Positions 10,757 through 21,204 of a stretch of 26,599 nt of DNA are shown piece after piece. Numbering within the stretch: the first letter of the stretch is position 1; every line of letters begins with the position of its first letter. The notes below the pieces were generated by a model. That model worked only from the letters and a program-made list of their open reading frames with translations. It had not been told where the DNA came from and ran no database searches. Location of the stretch: assembly GCF_006345805.1 (NCBI RefSeq), contig NW_021834140.1:1-26599 (forward strand), given 5' to 3'. The DNA is from Octopus sinensis. Taxonomy: Eukaryota. The position numbers and the translations under genes are program-made.

Positions 10757-11630
10757 TAGTTATGCTTGATTTTAGAAGGAGACAAGTAATTAGATAGATT
10801 TGCACCTATACCTATTATTGTTGGTGGTTTTGAAGGCGCTGTGGTGGTGGGTGTGGTCAGCGCCTCTGTTGTTGGCATTGTTGTCTCTCGTGTAGTTGTT
10901 GTTGATGTTTTTGCCGGAGCCCTCTCTGCTTTTATTTCTTGAGGTTTCTTCTCTAATTGGGTTGCTTTTGTTGTTCGGGTTGTTTCAATTGTTGTGGTTA
11001 GGTGGTGCTTGTATCAAGGGGTAGTGCCCTCCGTCTGTTTTAGTTGTGGGCAGAAAGCTTTCTGGTGGTTGTTCTGTCCGCATTGATAACATCTTGGCCT
11101 TTTGTCCTCAACTGTGACGTTCAGCATAGAACCATCAGGAAGGCTGAGTTGGTAAGTCATTTGTTCCAAAACGTCTTAGTTTATTTGAACCATTCTTTGC
11201 AATTCCTGGCCAATCTAGCTTTTTTTCCCATGTTTCTCGACTTCGATGATTCTGAGTTTATCTTCCAAGTCGAGGAGGACGGCTGCGACAATCCAGGAAG
11301 CGTTCATTTCTGGTGGTATCTCCAGTACTTTTATCTCGGCGACGCACCGTCCCAAATATGTTGGAACTAGGACAAGTTCACTGTTTCTCAGCTGGGCTAT
11401 TCAGTGCTGCTTTACCGCTCGACAGATATGTTACGGCTTTCCAAATGGGTTGCAACCATTTTTCAACTGCTTGCTTTGTTGCAGATTCTAAACGTCTATT
11501 TTTTAAAGATATAGTTTCGTGCACTATAGTACGTTTGTTTGTATTGTCTATAATATCTGGAGATGTGTTTATCGAAACACATCTTTCGCTTTTACTTTTT
11601 AAAATGCTTCTGTAGTCTTTGAGAGATTCT
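10757..11630 (-). pseudogene. LINE ORF1 (gag-like) remnant with CCHC zinc knuckle
   Basis: Manual translation gives LVPTYLGR..., VLEIPPEMNASWIVAAVL and PDGSMLNVTVEDKRPRCYQCGQNNHQKAFCP (CX2CX4HX4C at 11091-11050), followed by a Thr-rich tail. Absent from the ORF track because of frameshifts and stops. Confidence 0.8.
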
Positions 11631-11640
11631 GTAATCTTTG

Positions 11641-11748
11641 AGACGGGTTGTCATGATGAGTATATTGAGCTTCGTATATTATTTGTACTCCAGTGTCACT
11701 TTCATGGCAAGCGCTACTCTGTCTCTCTCACTCAATATTAATAATAAT
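11641..11748 (+). mobile_element. Short 3'-end copy of the 6871-7490 element
   Basis: AGACGGGTTGTCATGATGAGTATATTGAGCTTCGTATATT...CCAGTGTCACTTT...CTCTCACTCAATATTAATAATAAT matches 7315-7405. Confidence 0.85.
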
Positions 11749-12207
11749 GTCTTCCAATTTTGTTTTGACACAAAAGCCAGCAATTTTGAGGACTGGGGGT
11801 TTGTCAATACCATCAATCCCAGTAATTGCTATATCTGTCTCATCTCTGCTTTGTCATAACAAGGCCTGTGATTGTATCCATACAAGACTGTGTCGGCTAG
11901 AGTTGGTGGCCTATCCCTTGCACGTATGGGTGACTACCAGCTTTCCACAAAAATAGACTTGCCTAGGCCTGCACATACACGAGCAAGTGCATGGTGAGCA
12001 TTGACCGACAGAAGCACTACATGAACTGCTATATATTTTTTACATATTCAGTTTTCGAATGCTTCAGCTACAGAAGTCGACCGTTTCCAGTTTGGGAATT
12101 AAAACTTAAAACGGATGAGAGATTATGCAAATGTCAAGTCATTTAAACGAAAGAAACTGCAACGTAATAATACCTAAAAAAATAGGACTCTACGAAGATT
12201 GAAATTG

Positions 12208-12385
12208 TGGAGGCGTGTTGTCTAGTGGTCAGAGTATTGGACTCATGATCATAAGATTGTGGGTTAAATTCCTGGCCCGGGTGATGAGTTGAGTTCTTGA
12301 GCAAAACACTTCATTTCACTTTGCTTCAGCTGTCAAAAATGAGTAATCCTGTACCAGACCGGCGTACCATCCAGGAGTTGAATAT
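12208..12385 (+). mobile_element. tRNA-derived SINE fragment (CORE-like block plus V-like GACCGGCGTACCATCCAGG)
   Basis: tRNA-like head GGAGGCGTGTTGTCTAGTGGTCAGAG; TTCTTGAGCAAAACACTT...CAGCTGTCAAAAATGAGTA resembles family C. Confidence 0.6.
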
Positions 12386-12473
12386 ATTCAGCGTCAGTTG
12401 CAGCCAATTTTTGAAGCTGAGAAGATGTAAACCCTGTTTTACATTTTTCTCTTTTCTTCTCTTTTTCTCTGCC

Positions 12474-12504
12474 CCCTGACAAAGGATCGAATCCGAAACG
12501 TTGG
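12474..12504 (+). ncRNA. Hammerhead-like motif, G8A core variant
   Basis: CC-CUGACAA-A-GGAU/CGA/AUCC-GAAA-CGUU-GG. Stem II is perfect, stem I is only 2 bp, and conserved G8 is replaced by A. Confidence 0.45.
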
Positions 12505-12600
12505 ATATTCCAAATCTCACGGCAAGTTCACTGTACCCCTTTCACTTTTTTCTACACACACACACTCACACACAAACACACACACACGCATATATATAGT

Positions 12601-12896
12601 GAAGGTGCGTGGCTTAGTGGTTCGAGCATTCGGTTCACGATCGTAGAATCGTGAGTTTAATTCCCCGCGTTGCATTGTGTCCTTGAGCAAGACATAATTT
12701 CACGTTGCTGGCAAAAGTGAGTAGTATTTCAAAGGGCCGGCCTTGTCCCCCTTTGTGCTACACTGAATATCCTTGAGAACTATGTTAAGGGTACCCATGT
12801 CTGTGAAGTGCTCAGCTTGCACGTTAATTTCACGAGCAAGCTGTTCTGTTGATGATATCAGCTGGAACCCACGTCCTCATAACCGGCGGCGTGCTC
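12601..12896 (+). mobile_element. tRNA-derived CORE-like SINE, family C
   Basis: Head GAAGGTGCGTGGCTTAGTGGTT; GTGTCCTTGAGCAAGAC core-like block; tail GCACGTTAATTTCACGAGCA...; homologous to 17957-18277 and 24215-24526. Confidence 0.85.
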
Positions 12897-12939
12897 CTTA
12901 TATATATATTTTATTTATATATATATAATCAGAAAATGG

Positions 12940-13104
12940 AGAAAACCCCAGATCAACTAACAACACAATTGAACTACATCTAAAGCCTATTATTTGATTA
13001 AAAAAACATGTCATAACATTTATACATGTTTTTTTTATGTTTTGTATTAAATAATAGGTTTTAGATGTAGTCCAATTGTGTTGTTAGTTGATCTGAGGTT
13101 TTCT
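12940..13104. repeat. Nested inverted repeat (56-bp arms, inner 12-bp arms)
   Basis: 12940-12995 vs 13049-13104 with 3 mismatches; inner AAAAAAACATGT 13000-13011 vs ACATGTTTTTTT 13024-13035. Confidence 0.9.
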
Positions 13105-13286
13105 GATTATTTATATTTGATTCATGGTAAACTTTTGTCTATTCTGTTGTTACCTGTTCTCTACGCGCACAGTGTGCGTGCATAGCCATGCCCAGAGATA
13201 ACACAGGTAACTGATACCGATAGTATATACGGATATTTTATCCCTTAGTAAGTTATTATAACCGCTAACTCTGCTTACCTTTATAA

Positions 13287-13329
<43 letters not shown>

Positions 13330-13333
<4 letters not shown>

Positions 13334-13635
13334 CGCATATTTGCCATTTGAATATGGCTAACCCTAAGGGTGGATGCTACTGTAGTTTGTAGCCCCAGGA
13401 AGATATCTCCTCCAGCTGGCTATAGACACACTATCTGTGTCCTCTCAGTATTTGTGAAGGGGAGTCATTCTCCCCGTCTTCAACTCATGATACACACGTA
13501 CTCCCCTTCACAAATACTGAGAGGGCACAGATAGTGTGTCTATAGCCAGCTGGAGGAGATATCTTCCTGGGGCTACAAACTACAGTACCATCCACCCTTA
13601 AGGTTAGCCATATTCAAATGGCAAATATGCGTCAC
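13330..13635. repeat. Long foldback inverted repeat, 136-bp arms, 34-bp spacer
   Basis: 13330-13465 vs the reverse complement of 13500-13635 shows 3 mismatches by manual comparison. Confidence 0.95.
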
Positions 13636-13680
13636 GATGTGTTACCGCTACTGTTTATAACTCGCTCTGAGATTTATCAT

Positions 13681-13717
<37 letters not shown>

Positions 13718-13725
13718 TATACACA

Positions 13726-13775
<50 letters not shown>

Positions 13776-13807
13776 TACACGCACGCACTCTCTCACACAC
13801 ACACACA

Positions 13808-14248
13808 CAGAGTAGTCCCTCGACTATCGTGAATATTACATTCCAAACCATCCACGCGATAGGTGAAAATTCGCGAAGTAGAAACAGTACTGTACTGTAT
13901 ATTTTTAAATTGCTTTTATTATTTTTATGTATTTAAGCTTTTATAAACTCTCCCCACACACTTAGGAGTTCCCGTGTGTTCTCTTTTTTTGTCTCCTGAG
14001 TTTCGTTTGCCATACAGGATATGCAATTCTTTGTTTACTCATCTACGCTTCACTACGTATTTATTTTTAATATATTTTAGTCAATATGTTATACAGTATA
14101 GTGCTGTACTGTATCTTTATTTATTAATTTTTACGCGTGAAAATGGTTATTTTACCACAAATAATTAAAAGCTAAAGAAATATCGGCCGCGGAAACCCTC
14201 AAAATACTGAGGAGTCCGCGATAGGTTAACCGCGATATGGTGAGTGGT

Positions 14249-14255
<7 letters not shown>
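13808..14255. mobile_element. MITE / non-autonomous DNA transposon (Tigger/pogo-like TIRs)
   Basis: Left end CAGAGTAGTCCCTCGACTATCGTG vs reverse complement of right end CAGAGTAACCACTCACCATATCGCGG; AT-rich non-coding interior; subterminal CGCGATAGGT present at both ends. Confidence 0.65.
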
Positions 14256-14287
<32 letters not shown>

Positions 14288-14299
14288 GTGTGTGTGTGT

Positions 14300-14596
14300 G
14301 GAGGCACGTGTCCTAGTGGTTAGAGCAGCGGAGTCGAGGTCGAGGAATCACGGGTTCGAATTTCAGACCCGGTGATGTGTGTGTTTAAGAGCAAAACACC
14401 TAAGCTCCGGCAGAAGGTAATGGCGAACCTCTACTGACTCATTCGCCACCACTTTCTCTCACTCTTTCCTCCTGCATCTTGCAGCTCAACTGCGACGGAC
14501 CGGCGTCCCGTCCAGGTGAGGAACCTATACACCAAGGAAACCGGGAATTCGGCCCTATGAGCCAGGTGCGGCTCGAGAAGGAACAAACAACAACAA
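14300..14596 (+). mobile_element. tRNA-derived SINE family D with V-domain-like block and (ACA)n tail
   Basis: A-box-like TCCTAGTGGTTAG, B-box-like GGTTCGAATTTC; CTGCGACGGACCGGCGTCCCGTCCAGG at 14490-14516; ends GAGAAGGAACAAACAACAAC. Confidence 0.75.
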
Positions 14597-15125
14597 TATA
14601 TTTATACATACATATATTTATGCATATTATATATATACGTCAATATATATATATATACACAACCGGAAGCTGGTAAACCGCCTATTATGAGCCAATAGGG
14701 CTCAAGAAGGATGCTTTGTTCTTATGACCGAAACTGCATTCCTCTGATTACTAACTTCGTTTTGTTTCACTTTAACTACAAGGCCCCATATATCTTCGCA
14801 GAAAGTCTATCTCGATATACTGAAAATATTCATCCATAGACAGTATCTTAACATATGCAATTCCCTTTTGATTCACACTCACATTTCATATAACAATAAA
14901 TTAATCATAGATATATTTTATAATACATACGTGTATATGTGAATGTATATGTATCTGTATACAAGCGTTTATACGTCTGGGTATACAGTCAATAACCGTC
15001 CACATCTTCATAGAAAACTTTGTACGTGTGTGTGAGTGTATATATACATACATGCATTCATACATGCATACACACACACACATATATGACAGTGTGAACG
15101 TACTACAGAAAGTAGCACTCAACAC

Positions 15126-15131
15126 TATCTA

Positions 15132-15218
<87 letters not shown>

Positions 15219-15243
15219 GTCTGTCTATCTATCTATCTATCTA

Positions 15244-15298
<55 letters not shown>

Positions 15299-15357
15299 AT
15301 ATATATATATATATATATACATATATATATGTACGAATGGGTGCGTGTGTACTTCTG

Positions 15358-15450
<93 letters not shown>
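15126..15450. repeat. (ATCT)n/(TA)n compound microsatellite
   Basis: Seen directly. Confidence 0.95.
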
Positions 15451-16799
15451 AAACAGATAAATAAATTACTAAATATACCTACATGCGTGCTCGTAGAAAC
15501 ATATCTCGAAAGAGGATAGTTTAGAAGTAGACAATATAAATGTGTTTCATCTAAGGTATATTCAAAAGTAGAAAGAAACCGCAGCTTTCTAACCGTGATT
15601 AAATATTCTTTTGCAACTCCTGAACCAAGTGGTGCATATCTATTGTTTAGAAGAATACTTATTAAATTTATTGCTTCCTTGACCTGATATTGAACCCGAG
15701 GCGATGATGTAAGCAAGATCAGAAGAAACAGTACTTTGTTAGTAGACCGATCCCCGTAGGGAAACATTCTGTTTTAGTTTAGTGGGCAGAAAACTAGATA
15801 TGTTTAGCGTAACCAAATGAATTAAAATACACTTCTTCATCTCATTTCATCATCCTGTTGTTGGTCCTAGCGGTGTAGCTCTTACGGCTGTGGCGTTGGC
15901 GTGGTTGTGGTGTAGCAGTTGAAGTGACAGTAGTGTATTGGTAATGCGGTGTTAATGTGGTAGTAGCAGTGGTGAACATAGCTCTGTTAATAGAAGTAGT
16001 CATCGCGCTGGGGTTGTGGCTAGTTTGGTAAGACGACGATGTTTAGTAAAATAGTCCATAGATTTGTTGATTGTTATGATGGCGTTAGTAGTGATGGTGA
16101 TGGTTATGTTAACAATTATAGAAATGTTGACAAGGCAAAAATGTGAAATAAGGGGTGAGGTGTATAAAAAAGGAGTCAAAGCTATTTTGGTGAGAGGTTA
16201 TTGTTAGGGTGAGACTGATGGTGAGACTTCTTAGGCTAGTAATGATATTCATTGTTGATATCTATTGCCATCGATGTAGTTTAACCCTTTTGATATCAAC
16301 CCACCTGAATCCATAGCCGCCTTAGCAGCATCACAGGCTCCTGGGCAAACCATTGTATTGGGCCCTAAAGCATATACTTATTGACAGCAAACCACAGTAT
16401 AAATAAATCAGAATCCTGTTGAACAAAAAAAGTGGAATAATTTTCCTGGTCATTAACCTTTAGCACACTGTAAGCGCACTATGTCATCATATGAGTTTTC
16501 TCCCCTGTAGTAATAGGGCAGTGACAGGGGAGACAATTCTAGAGAAAATGTAGTGTTATAACGCTTAAATTCTAGAGTCTATACCTCATTCACGCTGTTC
16601 TATATCTAATAGTGCTGGTTACATAACTCAATAGAAGATCAGGGTTTTATATATTGGTACAATGCTAAACAATTTATTGGGGGTATAAGTCGTTGAAACC
16701 GGGCTGTGCATTGTTTTGTTATTTAGTACATATTTTGTTCAGTCCGGAAATCTGAAAGCCAAAGTTTACTTCAACGGAATAAATATTGTACAGAGTATG

Positions 16800-16960
16800 C
16801 ACTTGACGTCTGACTGGTACTTTATTTTATCGGCCCCTTAAGAATGAAAGAAAAAGTTTTCCTCGGCAGAATTTGAGCTCAGAACGTCAAGTACTGGAAC
16901 GAAATGCCGCTAAGCTTATTCCTCGATGTCTTCACAGTTCTACCTACTAACCGTTTTCTT
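16800..16960 (-). mobile_element. Diverged SINE family B fragment
   Basis: GGTACTTTATTTTATCG...GAATGAAAG...CCTCGGCAGAATTTGAGCTCAGAACGT...GAAATGCCGCTAAG parallels 7570-7665. Confidence 0.65.
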
Positions 16961-17956
16961 ACAACCAATAATATTATAATAAAAGAGCCAAATAAAATGA
17001 AGATAACTGATACTTTTTGTAAATGTCTGTTATTTATTTACTCTTTAAAACAAAATAGCCATTTGGCGAGAATAACTTTAAAAAAAATGAAATAAAAAAG
17101 ATGAAATAAAAAAGAAAAACCTACGGCTGTTATTTCTTTTCTCCTGTATTATTTGTTTTATTTTATGTGTCCTCTGTTCATCCTAATATCTTGTACATCT
17201 TTCTTTCGTTTTCTACCACTTCTCTTTTTCTCTATTTATTTCTATTTTTCTTTTTACTTCTGGCTTTCCTTTAAACCAATTTCATTGTTTCGTTCTTTCA
17301 CTGAATCACTTTCTCCACGCCGCCACCTGTCTCTTCCCTTTTCATTCATTACTTTTTCAGCCACAAGAATCTGTAAAGGTCATGGACGATATACCCCCCC
17401 ACATGTGACTAACTTTAAAAAGAAAGAAGAATTTAATTAAATTATCTCTTTATTTTGTTCACTTTGCTGTGATTATTTTCTTCGGTCTTTCCTTTATTTT
17501 ATTATTATTTTATACAATTATTCTTTTATTTTATATTTAGATCCTGTATATATTTATCTACTTTACTTTTTAATGGAAATATTGCATCTATTTAGTTTTC
17601 TTTTTCATTAAACATATTGTATATATTTATTTATGTTAGATTAAAAACAAAAGACTCATCTTATGTGTAAATATTTCAAGTTTATATAAATATACAGTTT
17701 CACTCCAAATCAATTTGTTTTCCTTCATTAGAGCCAAGATCTTGGAGAATACTAAAGCATAAACATACAAGGAAATGGAAATCTGTATCCATTTCTAATC
17801 ACAGCCGTAATTCTTTCTCTTACGCTACTCATTCCTGAAGGATATGACTAATAAATTCCCCAGAAAGTTATAATTTTCCGACATAGTAACCACATCTGTA
17901 TTGACAAATAATTACATCTGCACTTTCTTTCGATCAGTTACAGAAGCAGCATATGT

Positions 17957-18277
17957 GAAGGCAAGTGGTTAAGTGGTCAGGGTATTCGGTTCACAATCGT
18001 AAGGTCAAGAGTTCAATTCCCGGAGACGCGTTGTGTCCTTGAGCAAGCCATTTTATTTCACATTGCTCCACTCCACTCAGCTGACAAAAATGAGTTGTAC
18101 CTGTAATTCAAAGGGCTGGCCCTGTTACATTCTGTGTCATGCTGAATCATCCTGAGAACTACCTTAAGGAGACACGCGCCTGTGGAATACTCAGCCACTT
18201 GCACGTTAATTTCACGAGCAGGCTGTTCCGTTGAACGGATCGACTGGCACCTTCGTCGTCGTAACCGATGGAGTGCC
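17957..18277 (+). mobile_element. CORE-like SINE family C, full length
   Basis: Colinear with 12601-12896; ends GTAACCGATGGAGTGCC. Confidence 0.88.
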
Positions 18278-18735
18278 AGATGCGAGATATTGTGAAGTTG
18301 TTGTCATGGGTGTAAATTTCTTTTGGACAGCCCCGAAACGTCTGCAAATCTTTAGCTTACAACTTAAACCTACACAAAACTACTTCAATCAGTGTCGGGG
18401 AATAATTTACCATTTCTTGATAATCACACATCTTGACTTTGTGCTTTCTTTTAAACCTTAATGATTCAGGTAGCAATTACGACATCTCCAGCCTACAATT
18501 TTCTCGACAACGTTACTCGCCTCGATCAAAATGAAATTTCGTAGTTTGTGCGTTGTACATATACAGTTTCGTTCATTCAAATATTACCCAATCAGTTCTA
18601 CTTGTACTTCCTATGTGAAACTGTGTATCAACAGAGTAAATCTTCAAATGATTTCCAGCAATTATCAATTTTGCAAGATGTATTGCATGCTCGTTTATCT
18701 TCTTTCGTTTGTAAGCATGAACGTACAAATATGTG

Positions 18736-18737
<2 letters not shown>

Positions 18738-18824
<87 letters not shown>

Positions 18825-19025
18825 CACCCACACACACGCGTGCACATACACAAAAATGCGGGCGGGCATATACACATAAACTTCTCATATATATTTGGAT
18901 TGCTATCAAGTTCGGTTTCCTTTGAGTCCCCACTTCACGCAACCACTCACGTACACACACACACGCAAACACACACACACACACATACACACACACACAC
19001 ACACATACAGATACACAAACACATA
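18738..19025. repeat. Two (CA)n tracts
   Basis: Seen directly at about 18738-18830 and 18950-19025. Confidence 0.9.
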
Positions 19026-19639
19026 TATATGTCTACATTTACGTCATATATAGCGATCCATGTGTCATACTCAATGCAAATACAACGCGAAAGATGAGAA
19101 GTGTACTACAGTATTTGTTGGGAGATAATATCTTATACGGACGTACTGTGTTTAAAAACAGAAGTTTAACAGTAGCTGAGGAAAACTGTCAAGTAACGGC
19201 TGGGAGAATATTAGATGCACATTTCTACTTCGATGGGATTTGTGACTAGCATGTAGTTACGCCTAACCTTTTTGCAATACAAACTGATACTAATATAAGA
19301 AAACAGTGGCTGAAAAATCACTGGTGTTGCAATTAGAATAAGAATTTGTTATATGTAACAGAAACAGAAGTAGATTAAATGAGCACTGTGTACATCATAT
19401 TTAATACAAATCCAAAATGGCAGGAGAAATTAACAGCAGTATTCGTCGGAGGATAGTATCCCTTATGAACGGAAGTGTTTAGAAATACAAAATATATTAA
19501 AAGCAGTCGAAAATCATCCAGTAGCGGTGACGAACATGCTAAAAGCGCATTTCTGCTTTGTTGAACTTTGTCAGTAACATCACACCTCATCAGCAAGACG
19601 ATTTTTGACTGTATCTGATATATTTGTGTTTTGAAACTA

Positions 19640-20913
19640 TCAGGTTGAGTAAAAAGTAAGCAACGTTTTGAACCATGAAGAATTTGTACTGGATTTTTGC
19701 AGAGTTTTGAATTTTTTTAAACATCTTTTTGCATTTGTCTGATAATACAGACATAGACTTGCCCAATTGCATTAATAAATTAACATTGATATTTTTTTCA
19801 CCGTTGTTACAATAATCTGAAATGGAACTGTCAAAGCGCGATATTCGAGCAATTTTGCTATTCCACTTCAAAAAAAGGATGTAAAGCAGCTGAAACTACT
19901 CACCATATCAACAAAACATTTGGTGAGGAAATGAGCAGGGAGTGGTCCGCTCGAAAATGCTTTAAAAGATTTCGTAGTGGTGACCCGAGCCTTGAAAATC
20001 GTGAGCATAGTGGATGCCCATCTGTCATCGATGACGGTTAATTAAAGACCGTTATTGAGAAAGATCCACGTAAAACCACTCGAGAACTGACAAAAGAACT
20101 TCAAGTTAGCCGGAAACTGCCTTCAACCATTTGTATGCGATTGGAAAATAAAAAAAAAAGCTCGACAAATGGGTACCACACGACTTGAATGAAAATCAGA
20201 AAATGCGCAGATATGAAATTTGCTCGTCACTTCTCCGTAACCAGATCGATCTATTTCTCGACCGTATTGTAACCTGCGAGGAAAAGTGGATTCTGTACAA
20301 TAATAAAAGACGTTTTTCGCAGTGGTTAGACCAAAATGAAGCATTGAAAACCTTCCCTAAACTCGAGCTCTTCAAAAACATGGTTATGGTGACTGTTTGG
20401 TTGTCTACAGCTGGGCTCATCCCCTATAACTTCTTAAAACCATTACTGCAGAGACATATTGCAATGAAACTGCCAAAATGAACGAAAATCTGCTACTCCT
20501 CCGTCCCAGACTTGTCAACAGAAGAGGACCAACCCTCTTTCATGACAAGGCTCGACCACACATTTCACTAATAACTCTCCAGAAGTCGAGGGAACTTAGC
20601 TACGAATTTCTTCCCCACCCGGCATATTTTTCAGGCCTTTCTCCTACCAACTACCACTTTTTCAAGCAACTTGATGGTTCCTACGAGAGAAGGAGTTCAA
20701 AAATCAAACCAATGCTGAAAGTGCGTTCAAAGAGTTCATCAGCTCCAAAACTCCAGATTTTTATGTTAACGGAATAAACAAACTTGCAACTCGTTGGCAA
20801 AAATGTGTCGATTGTAATGGTACTTACGTTGATGAATAAAATTTTCGCAATGTTGAAATATATTGTGATGAATTTCATGTTTCAAAAGGTTGCTTACTCT
20901 TTACTCAGCTTGA
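19640..20913 (+). mobile_element. Full-length (1274 bp) mariner (Tc1/mariner, DD34D type) DNA transposon, inactive
   Basis: 40-bp TIRs at 19640-19679 and 20874-20913 (35/40 identical), TA at 19638-19639 and 20914-20915, transposase remnant inside. Confidence 0.95.
19822..20839 (+). pseudogene. Mariner transposase pseudogene
   Basis: MELSKRDIRAILLFHF..., KWVPHDL, RIVTCEEKW, FHDKARPH, PHPAYFSGLSPTNYHFF, KCVDCNGTYVDE*. Several frameshifts and stops; first and third catalytic Asp positions read E and N. Confidence 0.92.
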
Positions 20914-21204
20914 TAGATAATAAATTAAAATATTCATCTAACCGCAAAATGCATATTGTATTAAAAAACTTGAGGAGAGAATTTTTCTCGTGAAATCTAA
21001 ATATGAAGCAATCGGTTCTTTCAAGGCAGAGATCGTATTAATTAGTAAAACAGTTATAAGGATCTGATGCAATAAAATAAAGTAAACGGCTAATGAGTAG
21101 CAGTAATTATATGATAATATTATTAATATATGTTTATCCAATGAGATACTACTAAATATAAATAACATTAATAATAACAACCTAAAGCTGGATGATGTAG
21201 TTCG

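Larger units (their letters stand above)
8116..11630 (-). mobile_element. Decayed L1/Tx1-clade non-LTR retrotransposon (ORF1 + ORF2 + 3' UTR)
   Basis: Colinear ORF1, endonuclease, RT and C-terminal Cys/His remnants on the minus strand; AATAAA at 8128-8123 followed by a short A-rich end and (TTA)n. The 5' boundary is approximate. Confidence 0.9.

Noticed and set aside
8100-11660. Target-site duplication for the L1/Tx1 LINE
   Set aside because: No matching flanks found; the 5' end is eroded and abuts another element.
15447-15767. 106-aa minus ORF in unique-looking sequence
   Set aside because: No recognisable motif, weak splice signals, and an adjacent match to the LINE ORF1 suggests decayed element sequence.
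18325-18345. CCGAAACGTC half of a hammerhead core
   Set aside because: No upstream CUGANGA and no stem II.
19560-19600. Minus-strand CTGATGA (hammerhead 5' core)
   Set aside because: No paired stem II followed by GAAA. The similar hit at about 20740 lies in mariner coding sequence.
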